From NCBI GenBank assembly GCA_002269645.1, contig NIVC01001845.1, positions 62,001-126,000 on the forward strand: a stretch of 64,000 nucleotides of DNA, written 5' to 3'. The notes below the pieces were generated by a model, which searched no databases, was not told the origin of the DNA, and saw nothing but the letters and a program-made list of their open reading frames with translations. Shown here piece by piece: positions 53,600 through 64,000 of this stretch (position 1 is its first letter; the number at the start of each line of letters is the position of its first letter). Both the position numbers and the translations under genes were made by a program. This stretch comes from Macrostomum lignano (Eukaryota).

Positions 53600-56537
53600 G
53601 CCACTTGATTTTAATATCAGATTGCTTATTATCCTAAACAACTTCAGTAGTTTAATAACGACCAAATTCACCAATTAATTAGATTTTTGTGTCAATCTGA
53701 AGCAACAGACAAGCGAAAAGCAACTAGAATCATTAAATTATTGGCTAAATGGGAGTCATAGCAAACAGTAGTAATCCGGCACAATGTACAAGCAAGTTTA
53801 GCTGGGATAGCGGCGACACAGATTTGCCAGTAATAGTTAAAGTGCGGTGTTACAATTATGAAAAGTAAATTAGCAAGTCTGTACAGAGGCGAGGAGACAG
53901 GAGAGACAAGTTAAAACACTTCGTGTGAAACATAATTTGACAGAATGTTTATATATATAAAAAACTGCATGAAAAAAGCAATAGAGCTTGCAAGATAGAC
54001 ACGGACACAAGAATTACCAATACAACTAGATAAAAATTAGTTAATTAATGTAGAATTTCAATACAGACAAATTGTATAGTAAATTTACTCATTATTGTTT
54101 ACTTTCAACAAGTACAAGGCCAGAGCCTCTCCCCCACCTCACGGACAGAATGTGAACGTCTTTTATTTGTTTAAAAATAATAACAATCGTTAAAAAGTGA
54201 CAGCTAAACAAACTTACAGTGCCTGAACTTGCACTCACCAGAATTTAACCACCAGAACTAGAAGGAAAATGTAAAAAAACGTACTTTAATCTCAAACAAA
54301 GGTTAAACAGACAGGCAGGCAGTGAGAAGGGGGATTAGATCAGAGAAAAAAGCAATCAAATAGATCTTATTATTATTAATAAAAATTATTGCCGCATGGC
54401 AAAGCAGACACAGCATGCAAACTTGAGTTTGAAGTGTCAGCCAGAGCTGATGATAACAACAAACTCGGATAAGTTAAAAAAACTGGTTTAAACACAGAAT
54501 AGACAGACTCTGAATAGGGGCAGACTTTTTTAAGACTTAGGTGTTACATCCTGTTGGCAACCAAATCGTGACTGATGAAATTGAAACAGTAATCAATTGT
54601 TAGCAAGTCAATTTAATGAAACTTTAACCACCACCTGCCCTCCCCGCACAGACTGCAAGAATCAAATAATATTGGACAATCAAAAGCGAATCAGCGAAAG
54701 AAGAAATAAAACGAGAACTGGGAGGAGGCAGAGGTGGGGACTCCCGGGAGTGGGGAAGCCACACTGGTTATATCCCCCCCATGAAAAACTGCGTCACGCG
54801 GCGGAGGCCTTCCCCTGTTCCCATCCCCCCCCCCAACCCCCAGGGAGAGAGGCGGCGGCTCCCGGCCCCATCTCTTCTCCTACAGTCAGCCCCCCCCTAA
54901 GTCCTAGATATTCTACCGACCCTCCACCCCATGCATTACTTGGGGGCGCAGCCGTGGCGTGAGTGACGTGGGCCGGTCCGCCTCAGCCCCCGATACAGCC
55001 TGCGAAGAGGGAAGGTTGCAGAGCGGCGCGGGGCCTCCACCCTACCGAGCCGAAAACCGGTCCACCCACACTCCATTCCGCTCTTTCTACACAAGCACAA
55101 CACAACTAACACACGCCCCTATGCTGCAGAGTTGGAGGAGAGAGAACAGAGATAGCTTTCCTAGAACTGGGCCACAACCCACCCAACTCCTCACCAACCA
55201 ACCCAGGCAGGCTGCAGAAATAAGCTGCAGGGCCGCACGCGCGCACGTCAGCAATGCAGAGTGAGAGAGAGGGAGGCAGGAAGGCTATGAGAGGCTTGCC
55301 AGCAGGGAGAGAGAGAGCAGCGACCCAGGGCGGGGCCACCTCCGCTCCGGCTGTCCACCGCCCCAATTTCAAAGCTATAGGCCGTTCTGCGCCATTGCAT
55401 TCGTTCCATTCGGAGGGAGGGAGAGCCTAAGAGAGAGAGAGAGAGAAGCGTGGGGCAAGGCGGGAAGGAAAGGGGCTCGTGGAACACGCAAAGCAAACGC
55501 AGGCTTCTACTAGACTATTGAATGCGGGCAGGGCAGGCAGGCAGACCCAGAGGCGAAGCGCATATCGACAGAACTAAGCAAGAGAGACAGTAGGCAGAGA
55601 GGCAGAGGGACGGAAAAAGCAGGCAGGCAAGACAGGGTAGGGTTTTAGTAGGGCTAGAAAAAAGGGTGAAGGCCGCTCCGCCAGCAACCCCCTGGCTTGA
55701 AGGAGGAAATTAGAGAGGCCTGGCTATGGGGGGGGGCTTTAGCGAGCGAGGGGGCGCAGTTCTAAAGAGAAGCCCGAGCCAGCCCCCACTCCACAGCGCA
55801 AACCCCTCAGGGTGGAGGCAGGCAAGCCCAGACCCGAGAGAAAGAGAGGCCTCGGGTTCTATAGCTAGGGGAGAATGAATGACGGGCGGCTTGAGGCGGC
55901 GGGCCTGGGGGAGGAAGCTTCTGCGTTGCAGAAAAGAGAAAAAGAAGAGAAGAGGAGAGGCGAGAGACGGACGGGGGGTTTTTGGGTGGGGGAAACGCGA
56001 TGGAAAAGGGGAAGGCGCCGGAGGAGGGAGAGGGCCCAGACAAGGAAGGGGAGACGGTGGGAAAGCTAGGGGGGGGGAGGGGATTGTGGAAAAAACCCGA
56101 GTGGAGACACGACACGAGGCTTGAGAGGAGGCGGATGGGAGGCGAAAATGCAGGGTCTTTAAAAAGCAGAAGGATAAAATGTTGCATCCCCAACTGCCCC
56201 CCACCTCTCTTGCGTGCGAATTTGATTTCAATACTCAGCTTATTAGAAATGTTTTTAAAAAAGAAGCTTATATCCCAAGTCTTTATGAAAGTTTCAATAA
56301 TTTTTTTCAGCGCGCGTTTAAATCGTCTCCCGAAGTCTCTGTAGTACTCCGGAGTTGGCGGGGCCAGGCGGGGTCGGTATTGGTAGATGCCTGTCTGGAG
56401 GCGGGGTTGGAGTCGAAGGGAGGCGAGGAGGCAGCTGAGGCGGGTGAGGCGGTTCACCCAGCGGCGGCGGGGGCGGGGGGTCGCTGGACTTCGAAGCGGG
56501 GTGGATGACCAGGGGCGGCAGGCGGACCAATTGAGTC

Positions 56538-57578
56538 TCAGACGGTCTGGCCCGGATGGGTCCGCATGTGCCGGCGCAGGTGCGACGAGTCGGAGAAGGC
56601 CTTGCCGCACACTGGGCACATAAAATTCTTGGCCGCCGGCGGCCGATGCGTGGCCGGCGCGCCGCCCGGCGTGTGGGCGTGCAGGATATGCCGGCGCAGG
56701 TGGTCGGACCTGGCGTAGGCCTTGTCGCAATAACTGCAGCGATGGTCCTTGGTGCCGCTGTGGATCTTGATATGGGTGGTGAGGCTGTAGGACCGGCTGA
56801 AGGCCTTGTGGCAGGTCGGGCAGGTGTACGGCTTGGCGTCGCTGTGAATGACGGCGTGCCGCCGCAGCCTGTAGCTGGAGCCGAAGGCTTTGCCGCAGTG
56901 TTCGCAGGGAAATGCGCCAGCTGAAGCGGCCGCCTCCGCCGTGTGCGTCGCCATGTGCCGCTTGAGCTTAGCCGCGTCAGCCACAATCTTGCCGCAGGTG
57001 GTGCAGGGCAAGCCTCCGGCTGGCTGAGCCTGTTGCTGCTGCAGCTGCTGCTGGGGCATCGGAACAGCCACGACAGCACCGCCGGGCTCAGTCTTGACCC
57101 ACTGCTGCGGCTGCTGATGCTGCTGATGATGGGCCGCCTGCTGCTGCGGCACACCAGGCTGCTGAGCTTCCACCTTCTGCTGGGGCAGTAGCTGAGCAGT
57201 CGGTATGATGAAGGAATGCGGCAAAGCTTGCAGCTTCACGTGCTGGCCAGCCTGGCCAAAAAAATCGCGCGACCCAGCTGTCAGAGGCATCTGGCCACTC
57301 AGCACTTGGCCAGGCAGGACTTGGCCAGATAGCATCTGGCTTGGAAGCATCTGGCCAGATAGAATTTGGCCAGATAGTACTTGGCCAGACAGGACTTGGC
57401 CAGGCTTGACCTCAATTGCCTGAGCATAGCCGCCAGAGGTTGTTGTCACTTGAATTGGTTGGCCATCTTTGCGGAGAAAGTCGGCAGGAGCACTAGTAAT
57501 GATAGTATGAGCTGGCAGCAGTGACACGCCATCAGCTGTGATCAGCTGCATGGTGAATGGCTGCTGGAATGACGCCAT
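56538..57578 (-). CDS. C2H2 zinc-finger transcription factor, 346 aa, 5 fingers, Gln-rich N-terminus
   Basis: CTTC..RHMATH, CEHC..RHAVIH, CPTC..THIKIH, CSYC..RHILHAH and CPVC..RHMRTH, with linkers HSDAKPY and HSGTKDH. Confidence 0.9.
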   Translation of the reverse strand: MASFQQPFTMQLITADGVSLLPAHTIITSAPADFLRKDGQPIQVTTTSGGYAQAIEVKPGQVLSGQVLSGQILSGQMLPSQMLSGQVLPGQVLSGQMPLTAGSRDFFGQAGQHVKLQALPHSFIIPTAQLLPQQKVEAQQPGVPQQQAAHHQQHQQPQQWVKTEPGGAVVAVPMPQQQLQQQQAQPAGGLPCTTCGKIVADAAKLKRHMATHTAEAAASAGAFPCEHCGKAFGSSYRLRRHAVIHSDAKPYTCPTCHKAFSRSYSLTTHIKIHSGTKDHRCSYCDKAYARSDHLRRHILHAHTPGGAPATHRPPAAKNFMCPVCGKAFSDSSHLRRHMRTHPGQTV

Positions 57579-58583
57579 AAGGCAATTGGGATATGATATT
57601 TGATAAAAGTATGTTGCATTCAGATTATTCTTATAGCCAAAACTAGTTATCTAAAAATTAGAAATATATTTAAGTATAAAAAATTATTATAGTACAATGC
57701 CTGTTTATTCATATTTATTCATTTATAATAACAAAATGAATAACAAAAACAGATATAATTGTAGAATATATATACAACCAATTGAACCAAATATGAACAA
57801 AATTGCTATAAAATTTATAAAGAAAATTTATAAATAGAATTTCAAGTATATTATAAAGAAAAAATATAAATAATATAAACCATAGCCCATAGGCTGGGTC
57901 TTAAGAAAAAGTATGAGTTATTATTAATTTTTAAATTATACAATAATATGAGCATAATAAAATAATACTTTTTAGTTCATTATCATTGACAATTTTAACT
58001 AAGTTTTAAGGTAATAACTACCAAACTATAATTGATTATTGAGTTTATTGTTATAAATTACTGCTAAATTTGATTTTGGGTTATAAGCTTACTTATTCAG
58101 TTGATTATACAGTATTTTAAAGTAGCTTTTTAATTTGCAAAATATAATTATTAGTTATAATAGAGGCCTAAAAAAGTCAAAACAAAAAATGAATCAATAA
58201 AATAGGCCAAATTTGAATTTATCTTTAGCCATAGGTCCTCTAGCCTAAACCTAGTTACCTTTACTAAATAGCTTCTAGCCTTCTACTGACATCTTTTAAT
58301 TCTAGTAGCAATGCTATTAATAATCTAGGTATGGAACTACAAGTCTGATAATCCATCTTAATGGCAATGCGTTAATTTCTTAAATAATACATAGCATAAT
58401 CATAATAATAATACTATGAAATGAAAGCAGCAGCAAATTAAAACTGAGAGAATAAAAATATATTGTAGAAACTTCGAGTTTCACTACAGATAAATGGTTT
58501 TTGCTGCCAATGTATGTAGCTTCGTAACTTTTGACTGTTAAAGGACATACTTATAACTCGCGAGTGGGGGTGAGCGCCTGAGC

Positions 58584-58602
58584 GGGGCCAATCAGGACCA
58601 AT
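58584..58602. promoter_or_regulatory. Tandem CCAAT boxes, candidate promoter of the zinc-finger gene
   Basis: GGGGCCAATCAGGACCAATC sits in a CpG-containing island about 1 kb upstream of the ATG. A GTATGT donor lies on the minus strand at 58550. Confidence 0.3.
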
Positions 58603-59201
58603 CCGAGGGCAAAAGCGTGGTTTTAAAAATCTTTAAAAAATATGGGCTTTCTTTTGAATGCAGATTAAAACAAAAAAATGTCCAAACATTGTCAGAAAAT
58701 GACGCAAATCAATTAATAATAAAATATAGTGGCAGTTTTGTACAAGGCTACATAACAGAAGAACTAAATTTATTCTTTAAAATATCATTTTCCGGACTAA
58801 AACTCATGGTTTTAGCCCGCAATTGTGTGGTGCCACAGGCATAAACCAATTTTTTGGACCATTTGCTATTTAACCGATACTAAATGTTCAAGATCTGCCT
58901 GTCTGTCGTCCATTTGTAAGACTTTTGACTTTAACTGCAGAAATATAAAAATCGAGAACGAATGATAAATCCTGTTTTATGTTACACGAAATAAGCCCCA
59001 CTAAATATCGGGTGTCAAGGTGGAAAACATTACAATACATCGATTTCGAGAGGCCATTAAAAACATTTCATGACAAAACACATGCATACGTTCAAAAGAA
59101 AGGTGTCGCTTTATTTTCTTACGTTTACACGTGTTAGCTATACCTGTACATGTACATGTAGGTCTACATGTATACATGTAACATGCATGTATACTTGTAC
59201 C

Positions 59202-59628
59202 CAGGCGCGTCGCCACCGGGGGAACAGGGGGACATGTCCCCCGTCCCCCCAGTAAAAGCTTTGGGGGGACATGCCAATGCTTTGTCCCCCCACCCCCACA
59301 CCTTTGTGAGTCGTTGTGAATTAATGTGGTATTCAATAATTTTTCTTCAGGGCGACAAAATATAGCGCCTTCTGCGCTAAAATGAGTGCCTGCGGCGCTA
59401 ATCTAAAATGAGTGCCTGCGGCGCTAAAACGAGTGCCTGCGGCGCTAATCTAAAATGAGTGCCTGCGGCGCTAAAATGAGTGCCTGCGGCGCTAAAAGGA
59501 ATGCCTGCGGCGCCAAAATGAGTGCCTGCGGCGCTAAAAAGAGTGCCCAAATTCAGTCATGTATATGTACATGTTGAATTCTGGCATGGCTTTGTCCCCC
59601 CATCATAAAATCCATGGCGATGCCCCTG
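59202..59628. mobile_element. hAT-type MITE, copy 2
   Basis: TIRs caggcgcgtcgcca / tggcgatgcccctg, a perfect 8-bp TSD CTTGTACC, and the same internal repeats as 8326-8775. Confidence 0.88.
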
Positions 59629-60251
59629 CTTGTACCAATAGAAAAAAAATTGTTGTTCCGGTCTGGTTATTTAGGTCAATACTTCTTAAAGACTTTTCTA
59701 ATTGCTTTTCTTGAATTGACTGCGTTTCGTTCTGGGTGCTGTTCTGTAGTCCTGATCGACTTGTCTGCTGGGTGACGCGGCGCGTACGTTGTTCCATGCA
59801 GGCGTGATCGAGACTGTCCTGTTAAATTTTCACCGGACCAAGCGACCCTGCTGTAGACTCCAGTTGTTAGAGTCATGCTGTCCCAGACGCGGTGCATGAG
59901 GCGCTGCATCCTGATGTGTCTGCAAGCACAGTGCTTGCGAGGACAGGACTATATTGGAATATAGTAATATTATTTTTTGTCATCAGCTATAGACCGCCCC
60001 GAATCCTAAAGTCCAGTAGAAAGGATAGGAGGGACAGGATTAAGCACTCAGCACATGTGCATTGTACAGTACAGTGGCTCTTCATCACACAGCTTAACAA
60101 TGAAGTTTTTTCAACTTTAACTCTTTCAAACTCTTTCAATATGCTTTAAATGTATTTGTATGTACTTTTAAATACTGTTAGCACGTATGCTTGTTATGTC
60201 TTCACGCACGGCGACGGATACCTCGACAGTTCGATCATTAAGTGTAATATG

Positions 60252-61256
60252 TGATGACGCCGGACGGCCTGTCGGACTCCTTCGAGACATCCTCCGGGGT
60301 GCTCCAGGGGGACACTCTAGCGCCGTTCCTGTTCATCCTGGTGCTTGACTGGGTGCTGCTCTTCCTACCGACGAAGACGGCTTCCTACTGCGGCGACGCG
60401 TGGGTCGACGTCAACCGGAGAAACGGCTCAGCGTGCTTGGCTACGCCGATGACCTCGCCCTGCTGTCCTCGACCGTAAAGGGGGCGCCCAGCGCCAGCTG
60501 GACAAGCTGGTTAGCACTGCAGCGAGCGCCGGCCTGCATGGTGGTCAACACGAAGAAGACAGTTATGCTCTGCGTGCCGGGCGACATCTATCGAGGCCGC
60601 AATTTTCCTCCGAGGCGCTGACGGGCAGGTAACGGAGCTTCCGCGCTGTCAGCAGTTAATTCGTCTACCTCGGCGGTCTGGTACCTGACGTCCGCAAAGA
60701 TCTGCGGCGTCACCGCGGGCTCGCTTGGGCTGCCTTTCGTTTTGTGAGGGCGGTTCTGCAGTCCGCGGCCCTACCTGACCGCCAGAAGGCGGCGCTGTTC
60801 CAGGCGGTGGTCGAGATCGTTCTGTTGTACAACGCCGAGACCTGGACGCTGATGGATTCGCTCGAACAGCAAGTCAACGCGGCGCACGCTGGCCTTCTGC
60901 GCGCCGCCTTTATGATCAGCGACGAGCGGATCACCAACGCGGCACTCTATCGCCGCACCGGCCTGGCCCGTCCAAGTGAACTGCTGCGACTTCGGCGACT
61001 CCAGCTGGCAGGCCACATCATCCGCGTCGAGTCCTACTGTCCGCAGCCGGTGCAGGAGGTGCTGCTGCTAACGCTGCAGGCACCCTACCGGCGCGGCCAG
61101 GCCCGAACTCGGCGTTTCGTCGACTGCCTGATGGCCGACGCTGGCGCCCCGGACTCTGCCGGTGGTGCGGCCTTTGTTCGCGCCCAGGCTCTGAAGCGTG
61201 CGCTGTGACGCAGCTAGCATTTTTCCACCTGACAGCGTGTTTTGTTGTTGTTGTTG
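60252..61256 (+). mobile_element. 5-prime-truncated, frameshifted RTE-clade non-LTR retrotransposon
   Basis: GVLQGDTLAPFLFILVLD, GYADDLALL, VNTKKT and LLYNAETWTL motifs spread across frames, with a (TTG)n tail. Confidence 0.88.
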
Positions 61257-62089
61257 ATATGCAAGTGACATTTAAATAAAAAATCCGTTCTGTAGAGAGT
61301 CAACTCACCAGGAATTCACCTGTACAGAGTGGAGACCACCATAAACAGCTGTTGGTATAGATGCTTGGTTTGGTAGTTGTTTGAAGACACGTCAACACAA
61401 TTCAATATTCTGTTGCACTGTTGTACTGCTGTCCACAGAACTGTGCTGTCTGTGCTGTGGTCTGTTAACAAACATTTTGAATGCATAACCTACCATTCAG
61501 TAGTATATTTTATAATCCTTAGTACAAGGTTACCAGGAAGCGACCTTTCCAACTTCGCAGCTGCAGCTAGTCATAAAAACGCGGCTTTTACTTTTTGACC
61601 ATAGATAGCTGCAGTCTGCTTGCTGACCACCGGCAGCACAAATTTAGTTCATGAAGCAGCTTCAGCTTTATAACAAGGCCTTCTTAATCAGCCTGAGTGT
61701 CTTAATCACCCAGGACGGGAAACTCGCAAATCATGGTGAAAAAAGCTTCATCTCAAGAATTACCCCAAGTTCACCTTAAGAATCGCCTCTAATCCACCTT
61801 AACAATTGACCCTTTACCATGCATGATTGTGAGTTTCCAGTCCTGCAGAGTGCTCAAGAAGTCCCTGCTTCATAATAGTTTTATTTTTAAACGGCAATTT
61901 ATATTTGTATTGATGTATGGCTGTATGTATATAGTCTGCTATTTATTCCCCACTTGGACACTCGATCTAAATAAGTCTATGCTAACGTCCATTTATTTTA
62001 TTTGGCCGGGTAAATAAACGGGCCAATAAAACGGAGACAAAAACAGATGTTAACACATAGAAAAATGTTTCTTTTCTATTGAAGAAAAT

Positions 62090-63226
62090 GCTAATGCGAA
62101 GCCTCGGGGTTTCAAGAAACAAATCTTCAGCCATTGCCTACGAGCCATACGAATGTCCACCATGAGCTATGTCTGTCACGTGACAGGTTTCAGCTCATCA
62201 TTCGACTGGTTTCGCTGCTACGATTGCACGGATGTGAACAAACCATTCCACTGTGCAAGATCAGACCTTTTTTAAACAAAGTCCAGTCCATCTGCCAAAA
62301 TCTGCACGTGCCTCATCAAAATATTTTTGTTGAAGAGCCATTGCTAATTTACAAAGGTCGGCTCCATTTTCTGTAATAAATGCCTAACAAAAAGGCAAAG
62401 CTCGGCATCAAGCTGTACTGTCTAGCCGAATCGAACAGCGGCTATTTGTGCAACTTTCTGATCCACTCGACTGCGGCCCAAAACAACCTGTTCGGCCAGG
62501 ATGCGCAGCTGACTGGTTGCTCCAAGAGACACTCTGTTGACAGGCACAGTGCAAGCACAACGCGGTGTTCCCGCGGCTCTAAAGCAGCAGATGTTGCACC
62601 CACCATCCAACGCCTTTTCTAGGCGTGGGGATCTGCTTGCTGTAAAGATTGTGGATCGGCGAGCCTCTGGCCTAAAGACCGTGTACATGCTATACACAGC
62701 CAAAGTGTGTGCAAGCTACGAGGCGATCAGGTGCAGCAACTGCTGAAGTCTCAAACAGCTCTAGACTACAATCAAAGCATGGGAAAGAGTGGACAAATGG
62801 ACGCTAGTTGTGAGCCCTAAAAGACAAGTAAAAGAAAACAGAAGTGGTTTTTCAAGCTGGCCTCCTATCTCTTGCTGCAACTTGTTTGCGATTCCTTTAT
62901 CACCTATAAGCACATTGGCGTGTCCCGCACGTTCTTGCACTATTTAGTAGCATGCCAGCGAATTTTAGTCTGCGATACCGGCATTGGGCGCTTGCGAGGT
63001 GGAAGGCTCCCACCGAATGCATCTGCCAACGCGCTTGCCACCTGCTGCCACACAGCGACATCCGACAAAGCACTGTCGAGTTTGCAGCAATGCTGGCCTG
63101 CAGAAGCAAACTGTCTTTCTCTGCGCCGCTTGCAACGGGCAGCCAAGTTTGTACCTTGAGCCATGCTTCATAGCATGCTTCAGAGCCATGCTTCTCAATG
63201 AGCCATGCTTCAGAGCATGGCACGAG
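62090..63226 (+). pseudogene. Decayed piggyBac (PGBD4-like) transposase
   Basis: LSRDRF, KIRPF, YKGRLHF*MPNK..KLGIKLYCLAESNSGY, DYNQSMG and a C-terminal CRVC...CAAC...EPCF Cys-rich domain; contains stops and frameshifts, and no TIRs were found. Confidence 0.82.
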
Positions 63227-63253
63227 GCCCAAAACCAAAATCACATGCTGCTG

Positions 63254-63665
63254 GGGGGTGTTTTACGAACCAAAGTTCAAGCTTAAGATCAAACTTGTAA
63301 ACTGCAATGCCATGTGTCAACTTTAGGAGCGATCCGCTGGCCCTTGACGATGGCGAACTACTGAAGCGCTACAGGTTTCCCAATGAACAAGAAGTACTAT
63401 AAGCTGTGACCGTGTCTCTGCTGGCTAAAATAAGGCATATATAAAACGGCTAAAGTTTGACGCCACGCGGAATTAGTCTATGGTCAACCCTATCTTAAAC
63501 TTTCTCGTCCACAACCAAAGCTCGACCTCAGCAAAGATCGAGGTTAGAAGTTACTCCTACGAGCGTAAGTGTTTTAAAACGCATTTACGGCTCAGTCTTA
63601 AGTTTGAGCCTAAGTTGGAACTTAGGAGTCAGTCTTAAGACGTACGCAGTTTGTAAAACACCCCC
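63254..63665 (+). mobile_element. PIF/Harbinger-derived MITE
   Basis: TIRs GGGGGTGTTTTAC.AAC, a CTG (CWG) TSD on both sides, and an internal remnant SDPLALDDGELLKRYRFP resembling a Harbinger transposase N-terminus. Confidence 0.78.
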
Positions 63666-64000
63666 CTGGAATATGATGGAAGAGGCTACTTGACACTGGT
63701 TTTCACATGAATAGCAGCCTTGTCATTTATTTTCATGTTATTTTCTCTCTACTTTGTAACTATGCTGCTTTCTATCTTGCTATGTTGTTGTTTTCTGGGC
63801 TGGCTTTCTAATAGTATGCTACCCGTCTTGTTGCATCAAAGATTGTTACATCAAATAAAAGTCGTGTAATTCTAAAATCAAATCTTAGTTCAATTCCATA
63901 CGTTTTTTATCCAAGTTTAATTTCCAGCTGAATAATTTTTGCGGAAGCTCTAACTGCCGACTGCTGGAGATAAAAGGGGTGCTGGGGTAGGAAGTTTGTC

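Noticed and set aside
54597-56730. Multiple ORFs downstream of and overlapping the zinc-finger gene
   Set aside because: They are alternative frames or low-complexity purine/pyrimidine tracts, most likely 3-prime UTR or intergenic.

Overview
Eukaryotic (metazoan) genomic DNA with GT-AG introns and the standard code. The style fits a repeat-rich invertebrate such as a free-living flatworm, which is an unproven inference. Seven host genes can be assembled by hand: a Rap1 GTPase (-), a 4-EF-hand calmodulin-like protein (+), an unrecognised 355-aa protein with a (KDAKG)x21 tail (-), a putative amidated-neuropeptide precursor (-), a DEG/ENaC channel (-, middle exon unresolved), a full-length CYP2-clan P450 (-) and a five-finger C2H2 protein (-). 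About 19 kb (roughly 30%) is tandem repeat of many unrelated units. Mobile DNA includes a mariner in the calmodulin-like intron that is interrupted by a tRNA/CORE-type SINE, an intron-containing THAP/P-superfamily element with 116-bp TIRs and an 8-bp TSD, two hAT-type MITE copies, a Harbinger MITE, and decayed RTE and piggyBac fragments. The most interesting signals are: (1) the neuropeptide precursor, whose hidden 19-bp second exon yields a 44-residue RRRV-amide peptide with mixed NPY/F-like and DH44/CRF-like features; (2) a 1.5-kb minisatellite apparently born from the SINE A-box; (3) CpG deserts upstream of Rap1 and the zinc-finger gene; (4) the KP-like truncated P element. No rRNA, true tRNA or CRISPR array is supported. 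All coordinates and counts were derived by hand.
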